Shown here: in pieces, positions 8,278-14,881 of the stretch
Position numbering within the stretch: position 1 is the first letter of the stretch
Layout: each line of letters opens with the position of its first letter
Assembly (NCBI GenBank): GCA_041487255.1
Contig: JBGPMZ010000001.1
Span: 1 to 25,323 of the forward strand
Reading direction: 5' to 3'
Origin: Candidatus Binataceae bacterium
Lineage (GTDB): Bacteria; Desulfobacterota; Binatia; Binatales; Binataceae
Length of the DNA stretch: 25,323 nt
Notes under the pieces: generated by a model
Database searches by the model: none
What the model was told of the DNA's origin: nothing
What the model saw: the letters and a program-made list of their open reading frames with translations, nothing else
Made by a program: the position numbers and the translations under genes

Positions 8278-10487
8278 TCCAGCAAAGCGAGCCGCAGGGG
8301 CTGGACGAACTTCTGCGCCGGGTAGTTACGTACAACCCCGACGCCGATCTCGCATTGATTCGCCGCGCCTACGACTATTCGGCGCGGATGCACGGGGAGC
8401 AAAAGCGCGAGTCCGGCGAGCCCTACGTTACGCATCCGCTGAACGTCGCGCTGATCGCCACCCAGCTCAAGCTCGACGTGCCCTCGATCGTAACCGCGCT
8501 GCTGCATGACGTGGTTGAGGATACCTCGACCTCACTTCAGGAAGTGGAAACTTTGTTCGGCGCCGAAGTCGCGCGCCTGGTCGATGGCGTAACCAAAGTT
8601 TCGAAGATCACTTTCTCCAGCCGCGCGGAAAAGCAGGCCGAGAATTTCCGCAAGATGATCATCGCGATGGCGCAGGACATCCGCGTGGTCATGATCAAGC
8701 TGGCGGACCGCCTGCACAACATGCGCACGCTCGGCCCGCTCGGGCCCGAACGGCAGAACGAAATCTCGCGCGAAACGATGGAAATCTACGCTCCCATCGC
8801 ACATCGGCTGGGAATCTACTGGATGAAGTCGGAGCTCGAGGACAACGCATTCCGCTACGTGAACAACGGCGCGTACTCGACGCTCAAGACCTTTGTGGCG
8901 AGCAAGCGCGCCGAGCGCGAGGACTATATTCGCGCGGTCATCCAAATCCTGTCCGGGCGACTGGAAGATTCCGGAGTTCGCGCCGAGGTTACCGGACGCC
9001 CCAAGCACTTCTACTCGATTCATTCCAAGATGCAGGAAGAAGGGCTCACCTTCGATGAGATTTACGACCTCGTCGCGTTCCGAATCATCGTCGGCTCGGT
9101 GCGCGAATGTTACGAGGCGCTCGGCGTGGTGCACGCGAACTGGAAGCCGGTGCCCGGGCACTTCAAGGACTACATCGCACTGCCCAAGCCCAACATGTAT
9201 CAGTCGTTGCACACGACCGTGATCGGTCCACGGGGGCAGCGAATGGAGGTGCAAATTCGCACCCGCGAGATGCATCGGGTGGCCGAGGAAGGAATCGCCG
9301 CGCATTGGACCTACAAACAGGGCGTGTCGCCCGAACAGCGCGACACCGAGCGCTTCGCGTGGCTGCGGCGGCTGGTGGAATCGCAACAGAATCTCAAGGA
9401 TCCGCAGGAATTCCTCTCCACCGTTCGAGACGATCTTTTTCCTGAAGAGGTATTTGTCTTCACTCCCAAGGGCGACGTGCTCGACTTTCCCAAGGGCGCG
9501 AGCGTGATCGATTTCGCTTACCGGATTCACTCCGGAGTCGGAAATCATCTGGCGGGCGCGCGTATCAACGGCCGGATGGTACCGTTGCGCTACCGGCTGA
9601 ACTCGGGCGACACGGTCGAGGTCATCACCAACGACAAGCAGACGCCCGGCAAGGATTGGGCGAATTTCGTCGCGACCGCGCGCGCCAAAAGCAGGATTCG
9701 ACAATGGTTCCGCCAGCAGCAGTCAGAACGCTCGCAAGACCTTGGGGTCTCGCTGCTGGATCGCGAGCTCGAGCCGCTGAAGCTTTCTGTCAGCCAGTTG
9801 CGCAACGAGAAGCGCCTCGAAGGAGTGCTCAAGGAATTTTCACAGCGCGATGTGGATGGCCTGCTGGCCGCGGTCGGCTACGGCATCATCACGCCGGGGC
9901 AGTTGCTCGGCAAGGTGTTGACGCCCGACGAGCTGAAACTTTATCGCGGCGAGAAGGCATCACCCGGCGCACTGCCCGGGCCGGCAGCCGCTGAACGCGC
10001 GGCCAAGGAAGCACGCCGTGCGGCCAGCGGAGCGGTGGTGGTCTCCGGAATCGGCGACATGATGGTGCGCTTCGCGCGATGCTGCAATCCGCTGCCGGGC
10101 GAGGCGATCACGGGATTCATCACGCGTGGGCGCGGCGTCACGGTCCATCTCGCGGGATGCCCACATGCGCTGCTTTCAGATCCGCAGCGGCGGGTGCCGG
10201 TGGTATGGAAGGATGACGAGGCGACTCCGCGTCCGATTCGTCTCGAAGTGCTATGCGCCGATCAGCCGGGCCTGCTTGCCGCGATGTCGAAAGCGATCGC
10301 GACCGTCGGAGTAAACATTACGACGGCCGAGGTGAAGACCAACGGCAACGACGGGCGCGCGCTTTCGATTTTCGAACTCCTCGTCACCAGCGCGCGTCAG
10401 TTGAACACACTAATGAGTTCGATCGCGGCGATCGACGGCGTGATGCGCGTCTCGCGGCTCGGGCAACAGAACGGCGCCCGCGACTAG
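8265..10487 (+). CDS. spoT: Long bifunctional (p)ppGpp synthetase/hydrolase (Rel/SpoT), 740 aa
   Basis: Intact HD hydrolase (LLHDVVEDT, IKLADRLHNMRT), synthetase (GRPKHFYSI, DLVAFRII, KDYIALPKPNMYQSLHT, EVQIRT), TGS (FVFTPKG, IDFAYRIH), ZFD (RCCNPLPG) and C-terminal ACT/RRM. Confidence 0.95.
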   Translation: MEELVQQSEPQGLDELLRRVVTYNPDADLALIRRAYDYSARMHGEQKRESGEPYVTHPLNVALIATQLKLDVPSIVTALLHDVVEDTSTSLQEVETLFGAEVARLVDGVTKVSKITFSSRAEKQAENFRKMIIAMAQDIRVVMIKLADRLHNMRTLGPLGPERQNEISRETMEIYAPIAHRLGIYWMKSELEDNAFRYVNNGAYSTLKTFVASKRAEREDYIRAVIQILSGRLEDSGVRAEVTGRPKHFYSIHSKMQEEGLTFDEIYDLVAFRIIVGSVRECYEALGVVHANWKPVPGHFKDYIALPKPNMYQSLHTTVIGPRGQRMEVQIRTREMHRVAEEGIAAHWTYKQGVSPEQRDTERFAWLRRLVESQQNLKDPQEFLSTVRDDLFPEEVFVFTPKGDVLDFPKGASVIDFAYRIHSGVGNHLAGARINGRMVPLRYRLNSGDTVEVITNDKQTPGKDWANFVATARAKSRIRQWFRQQQSERSQDLGVSLLDRELEPLKLSVSQLRNEKRLEGVLKEFSQRDVDGLLAAVGYGIITPGQLLGKVLTPDELKLYRGEKASPGALPGPAAAERAAKEARRAASGAVVVSGIGDMMVRFARCCNPLPGEAITGFITRGRGVTVHLAGCPHALLSDPQRRVPVVWKDDEATPRPIRLEVLCADQPGLLAAMSKAIATVGVNITTAEVKTNGNDGRALSIFELLVTSARQLNTLMSSIAAIDGVMRVSRLGQQNGARD

Positions 10488-10546
10488 CTCCGATCCCGCA
10501 AGTCAATGCGCTGAGTCACAGCCGCTGCCGGGCCACCGACCCCCGC

Positions 10547-10664
10547 GAAGCGATTTGCTGCTTCTGCCGCGTCCCTTCTCTCGCTCTCATTTGCTGGAGA
10601 AGGTGGGCGGCCCAGTTGTCGCTCCTTTAGTGTGGTGACAACTGTGCCGACCGGATGAGAGCCG
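10547..10664. other. Cluster of four tandem stem-loops in the spoT-DUF5615 spacer
   Basis: GAAGC/GCTTC (10547-10564), CCTTCTC/GAGAAGG (10574-10603), an 18-position imperfect stem 10605-10622/10635-10652 (15 Watson-Crick, 1 G-U, 2 mismatches), and CCGG/CCGG (10651-10664). Confidence 0.5.
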
Positions 10665-10718
10665 GCGGGCGGAGATCGTGCTGCTCTCGGACGCGCCAAA
10701 CACAAGCAAACCCCGATC

Positions 10719-11067
10719 GTGAAGCTCCTCGCCGACGAGAGTTGCGTGCGGCCTGTCATCGGCGCGCTTCGCTCCGCCGGGCATGATGTAATTTCGATCG
10801 CCGAAATCGCGAAGGGTTCGATCGACGAGAGCGTGATTGCACAAGGCTTGAGCGCGGCGCGCGGTCTTGTCACCGAAGATCGAGATTTCGGCGAGTTGGT
10901 TTTTGCCCGCGCGCGCCTCTGCGGCTGTCGTGCTGGTGAGGTTTCATCGCCGCGCCCGGGGATTGAAGCCGAAAGCGGTGATGGAGGCCATCGAAAAAAT
11001 GGGCGAACGCGTGGTGGGCGGCTTCGCAGTTGTCGAGCCGGGGCGGGTCCGAATCGCTAGACCACCG
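10719..11067 (+). pseudogene. DUF5615-family PIN-like protein, frameshifted in a (CG)4 tract
   Basis: The N half MKLLADESC...LRSAGHDV...DESVI...LVTEDRDFGELVF is in the frame starting at 10719. The C half ASAAVVLVRF...VVGGFAVVEPGRVRIARPP is in the next frame. The switch lies at CGCGCGCGC 10908-10916. Confidence 0.75.
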
Positions 11068-11157
11068 GGAGCCTGCCCTTCCGAACAGAGCGCCATCCTC
11101 GAGTGGCAGGCTAACGGGGTTCGCCGCTCCTACGAGGTTAGTCGCGAACCAGGAACC

Positions 11158-11182
11158 GATCGCCTACTGGTTATAGGCGATC
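11158..11182. repeat. Perfect 9-bp inverted repeat upstream of the ridA SD
   Basis: GATCGCCTA (11158-11166), 7-nt spacer CTGGTTA, TAGGCGATC (11174-11182). Confidence 0.6.
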
Positions 11183-11202
11183 TCATCGGAGAAGATATCT
11201 CC

Positions 11203-11583
11203 ATGAAGAAGATCATTGAGACGCGGCACGCGCCGGCTGCGATTGGTCCCTATTCGCAAGCGATCGAAATAGGCGACACGGTCTATTTGTCGGGGCAGAT
11301 CGGCCTCGATCCGAACAAAGGAACCATTGTGTCGGGGGGGATCGAGCACGAGACACGGCAGGTGCTCGACAATATTCGTGAAGTGCTTGGCGCGGCAGGC
11401 CTGGGATACCGCGACGTCGTGAAGACGACGATTTTTCTGATCGACCTCGCCGACTTCGAAATCGTCAATGGGGTTTATGGAGAGCACTTCACGGAAGCCT
11501 TCCCAGCCCGGTCGACGATTCAGGTGGCGGCGCTTCCGCGTGGCGCGCGGATCGAGATCGAAGTGATCGCGAAGCGATCCTAG
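11203..11583 (+). CDS. ridA: RidA/YjgF/UK114 reactive intermediate deaminase, 126 aa
   Basis: APAAIGPYSQA, VYLSGQIGLDP, DVVKTTIFL, catalytic Arg in PARS, and LPRGARIEIE. GGAG at 11188-11191 precedes ATG 11203. Confidence 0.92.
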   Translation: MKKIIETRHAPAAIGPYSQAIEIGDTVYLSGQIGLDPNKGTIVSGGIEHETRQVLDNIREVLGAAGLGYRDVVKTTIFLIDLADFEIVNGVYGEHFTEAFPARSTIQVAALPRGARIEIEVIAKRS

Positions 11584-11586
11584 CTG

Positions 11587-12315
11587 CTATCCGGTCATGA
11601 TCTTGAGCGCGGCGTCATCGAGATAGCGCTTCTCCGGATCGAGTTTGCGAATCGATTGAGCCAACCGCTTCAGGTTGCGCTTGCGCCGCGGGCGCGACAC
11701 CGCGCGCGACGAGAGCCGCGCTTTGTCGAAGTCGAGAATTACGACCGAAAAGCCGTCACCCGCCATCGAGACGTAAAGATTGTGCAGGTTTAGATCATCA
11801 TGGAACAGCCCGTGCTCGTGCATGGTGTCGATTGAATAGCGAGCCATCCTCACCACGTGTGTGAGGCTGCGAGGATCCGTTTCGACTTTCACGAACTCCC
11901 ACATCGTCATCCCGGGTATCGCCTTGGTAATGACGGCGCCGCGATAGATTGCGGGGCCGACTTTCTCTACGATTGCGCCCATCGGATCCGGAACCGATAT
12001 CCCGCGTTTGTGCGCCTCGGAAATCACGTTCAGTTCGTAGACCATGCGCGGAACGAAGCCGACATACCGGTCGCCGAGGAAACGCATCATGCCACCGCGC
12101 ATCGAGCGGCGAACGAACAACAATGGCGCACCATCGACGCTGATCGGATAGCCGCTTTCCCGATTGCCCGCGCCTTTCTTTCCCGACCGCAGCGTCCGAT
12201 CTATCTCCAGCAACAATTCAGCCGCGAAGGGAGCGATCTCGCGATGGAAATAGGCCAGCTTGCGTCCGACCTGACTCTTGATGAAATCCGGTCCGGGATC
12301 CTGGTTGAGATTCAC
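11587..12315 (-). CDS. kdkA: Kdo kinase-like protein (KdkA family), 242 aa
   Basis: VRRSMRGGMMRF (cf. RHY.RGGL), YRGAVIT, FHDDLNLHNL catalytic loop, ILDFDKA and RNLKRLAQSIRKL. Last gene of the lipid A operon. Confidence 0.72.
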   Translation of the reverse strand: MNLNQDPGPDFIKSQVGRKLAYFHREIAPFAAELLLEIDRTLRSGKKGAGNRESGYPISVDGAPLLFVRRSMRGGMMRFLGDRYVGFVPRMVYELNVISEAHKRGISVPDPMGAIVEKVGPAIYRGAVITKAIPGMTMWEFVKVETDPRSLTHVVRMARYSIDTMHEHGLFHDDLNLHNLYVSMAGDGFSVVILDFDKARLSSRAVSRPRRKRNLKRLAQSIRKLDPEKRYLDDAALKIMTG

Positions 12316-12317
12316 GG

Positions 12318-13562
12318 TTAACTATCTACCGCACGCGACTGTCTAAGTCTGCAATCGACATAGCGTCGCCACCAGGATGCCGCGCCCGCGATTGCCGCGA
12401 GCAATGTCATCGAGGACACAAAGTGCGCGGAGAAAAAGAGGGCAGTGTGGTTTGCGCGGTTACCGGGAATCCAATTCAGAATCGCCGAAGCAGCGACCAG
12501 AGCCAAAGTTAGAGTTGGAGTTGGCGAACCGCTCGGCCTCGCGGTCCACCCTACAAACGTCAGCAACATGTACGGGACGAGCAGCGCCGCGTAGTAGCTC
12601 TTCCATGAAATCGGGACTAGCGAGGGCATGATGCAAAAAAACGCCGCGAGCTGAAATCGATGCGACCGCAGACCACCTCGTTGCTCGGAGTGGGGAGCAC
12701 GCAGAAACCAGACGACAACCGCGGCAACCAGCGCCAACTCGATTCCGGTGCCGATGTACAATGCGGCGTGCGTTGCGGGAGCGCCGGCTCTCGCGCCAAT
12801 GCTCATCAGGCGCGCCACTGCCGAGGTCGCGGACTGGTTGGTCAGCATCGTGGTGTAGCGATCGGTCATCGAGCTCACGACCCGCAAATACGCGATCGTT
12901 TGATCGAAAGCATCGCGCGGACCGAAAACCAGGATCGGCGCTGTCATCAATGCCAGCCCGGCGACGATCGAAGAAAGTACTGGGCGCCATTTTCGCTCCA
13001 GCAGAAGAAACAGCGCGGCGAGTCCCGCGAACGGCTTGATGAGAATCGCCGCCGCTAGCATCGCACCCGAGGCGATCGCGCGATCCTCTTCGGCCAAGAC
13101 AATCGCCCATACCGTCAGCGCGAGCGTTGGCAAATTTATCTGGCCGTGTTCGATGTTGTTGCCGATGAAGCGGGCGCAGAGGACCACGGGGACCAGAATC
13201 AGCGCGGGCGACAACTGACGCTCACGCCCGAAGAGCATGCGTCCGGAGCCGAGAATTAAAGCAACCAACGAGACGCCGCTGACCAGGTACCAGGCGAATT
13301 GCGCGGCGCGAAGCGGGAGCGCGGCGATGGGGGTGAAAGCGATCGCGAAGATCGGCGCATAGAGGAAGTGGCTCGACTCATCGAGGCGATAAATCGGCTC
13401 GCCATGCAGGACGCGCGCTCCGGCGCGGTAGTAGACGTTGAAATCTCCCTGCACCCGCAGCACGGCCGCGATGCCGAGCGCGACGAGGTAGAGACCGATC
13501 GCGAGCCAGGTGAGTTGCAGCAGCCGATGCGCGCGCTCCGCGTCGGTGCTCGAGCGGCTCAC
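12318..13562 (-). CDS. GT87/DUF2029-family polytopic membrane glycosyltransferase (GT-C fold), ~414 aa
   Basis: GDFNVYYRAG, FLYAPIF, HGQINL and LIKPF motifs with many hydrophobic segments. GTG start at 13562 overlaps the Trm112-like stop (GTGA). Confidence 0.78.
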   Translation of the reverse strand: MSRSSTDAERAHRLLQLTWLAIGLYLVALGIAAVLRVQGDFNVYYRAGARVLHGEPIYRLDESSHFLYAPIFAIAFTPIAALPLRAAQFAWYLVSGVSLVALILGSGRMLFGRERQLSPALILVPVVLCARFIGNNIEHGQINLPTLALTVWAIVLAEEDRAIASGAMLAAAILIKPFAGLAALFLLLERKWRPVLSSIVAGLALMTAPILVFGPRDAFDQTIAYLRVVSSMTDRYTTMLTNQSATSAVARLMSIGARAGAPATHAALYIGTGIELALVAAVVVWFLRAPHSEQRGGLRSHRFQLAAFFCIMPSLVPISWKSYYAALLVPYMLLTFVGWTARPSGSPTPTLTLALVAASAILNWIPGNRANHTALFFSAHFVSSMTLLAAIAGAASWWRRYVDCRLRQSRAVDS

Positions 13563-13729
13563 GTAAGCGGCTTGGCCTCGTCGATGAGCATCACCGGGAT
13601 GTCTTCGCGGATGGGATAAACCAGCTTGCACGCCTGGCATGCGAGGCCGTCCTGCTTCTCGGTCAACTGAAGTTCGCCCTTGCACTTCGGACAGGCGAGA
13701 ATGTCGAGCAACTCCTGGCTGATAGGCAT
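13559..13729 (-). CDS. ycaR: Trm112-like/YcaR (UPF0434) small zinc-ribbon protein, 56 aa (not in the ORF track)
   Basis: Hand translation gives MPISQELLDILACPKCKGELQLTEKQDGLACQACKLVYPIREDIPVMLIDEAKPLT*. GGAGG SD at 13736-13740. Usual position after lpxK. Confidence 0.92.
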   Translation of the reverse strand: MPISQELLDILACPKCKGELQLTEKQDGLACQACKLVYPIREDIPVMLIDEAKPLT

Positions 13730-13747
13730 CGAAAACCTCCGGGCATT

Positions 13748-14878
13748 CTATAAAGCGACGGCTACCTTGGGCTGCGATGCGCCACCCATCACGATCTCGT
13801 CCAGCCGCGTAGCATCCTCGGCGCTCATTTTCACTTCAAGGCGCAAAGCGTATAGAGAATCGCGCGCGAACGGAAACTTTTCCAGCTTCACGAGATCCTT
13901 TTCGGTGGTCAGCACGATATCAGCGTCGGTTGCGGCCTTAACGATCGTCTGCCAATCGGAGGAATTGTAAACGTGATGGTCCGGATATTCGAGGACGCCA
14001 ACGAGGTCGGTATCGATCTCGTGGAGCATCGCGTAGAAGCCGCCTGGATCGGCGAGGCCGCTCACCGCAAGCACGCGCCGCCCGGCCATCGCAATTGGCA
14101 CTTCGCTCCAGTTGCCCTGCTCGTAGTGCACCAGCGCCTTGGGCCGCAGCGTCGCGCGCAGCGTCGTAATTTGCGAAATGGCCTTCATCTGGCGCGAGGT
14201 GAGGGCGCTCGGACGATCGGGAGTTCCACTCGATACGACGATGGCGGCATCGGCGCGGCGGACAGCGCCAAGCGGTTCGCGCATCGGGCCCGCAGGAATC
14301 AGGTGCCCATTGCCGAAGCCCCGTTCCCGATTGATCAGCACCAGGTCGACATCGCGCGCGAGTGCGCGATGCTGGAACGCGTCGTCGAGAACGATCACAT
14401 CGGGGTGCGCGAATTCGGCGAGCATAAGAACACCGTCGATGCGGCGCCTCGCGACCACAATCGGACCGCGAAACGACTTGGCCATCATCACCGGCTCATC
14501 GCCCGCCTGTTCAGGGGAGAGCTTGATACTCGTCCCGTCGGAAACAAGTGCGGCCGCTTGTCGATTCGCGCTGCCGCGGCCGAAACCGCGGCTCACGATC
14601 CCGATCGACATCCCCTGCGCTTGCAGACGCGAGGCGAGAAATAACGTGAAAGGAGTTTTCCCGTTGCCGCCAACGGTCAGGTTGCCGATGCTGATAGTCC
14701 TGGTTGGTACGCGCCGGTTCGCGAAGTGCCAGAAGGCGTTTCGGACACATTGTCCCGCGCGATACACGAGCGATGCGGGAAGTAGACCCGCAACCATCGC
14801 GCGCTGCGGATAGCTCAGCTTGCCGAACCAGAGATCTTCTATCCGCGGACGCTGATGGATGGTTTCGCGGCGCGGCAT
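13748..14878 (-). CDS. lpxK: Tetraacyldisaccharide 4'-kinase, 376 aa
   Basis: IGNLTVGGNGKTP, IVSRGFG, GDEP, LDDAFQH, PAGPMREP, YPDHH and TTEKD. Confidence 0.95.
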   Translation of the reverse strand: MPRRETIHQRPRIEDLWFGKLSYPQRAMVAGLLPASLVYRAGQCVRNAFWHFANRRVPTRTISIGNLTVGGNGKTPFTLFLASRLQAQGMSIGIVSRGFGRGSANRQAAALVSDGTSIKLSPEQAGDEPVMMAKSFRGPIVVARRRIDGVLMLAEFAHPDVIVLDDAFQHRALARDVDLVLINRERGFGNGHLIPAGPMREPLGAVRRADAAIVVSSGTPDRPSALTSRQMKAISQITTLRATLRPKALVHYEQGNWSEVPIAMAGRRVLAVSGLADPGGFYAMLHEIDTDLVGVLEYPDHHVYNSSDWQTIVKAATDADIVLTTEKDLVKLEKFPFARDSLYALRLEVKMSAEDATRLDEIVMGGASQPKVAVAL

Positions 14879-14881
14879 TAT

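Noticed and set aside
8532-9704. 390-aa antisense ORF within spoT
   Set aside because: Mirror frame of a conserved high-GC gene, with no recognisable motifs; long stop-free antisense frames are expected at this GC content.
10488-10718. Possible tRNA/tRNA-Sec or DUF433 antitoxin remnant upstream of DUF5615
   Set aside because: No T-loop (TTCGA/TTCAA) or cloverleaf on either strand. Three-frame translation shows no DUF433 motif (GGKP, GTRI); a short frame ends at the GTGA overlap but is unrecognisable.
10867-11202. Track ORF 10867-11583 as a single 238-aa gene with TTG-like upstream start
   Set aside because: It is the DUF5615 C-half plus linker plus RidA; RidA has its own SD and ATG at 11203. 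Handled as pseudogene plus ridA.
13563-13685. N-terminal extension of the GT87 ORF in the track
   Set aside because: Overlaps the real Trm112-like gene in another frame; GTG 13562 gives a standard GTGA coupling.
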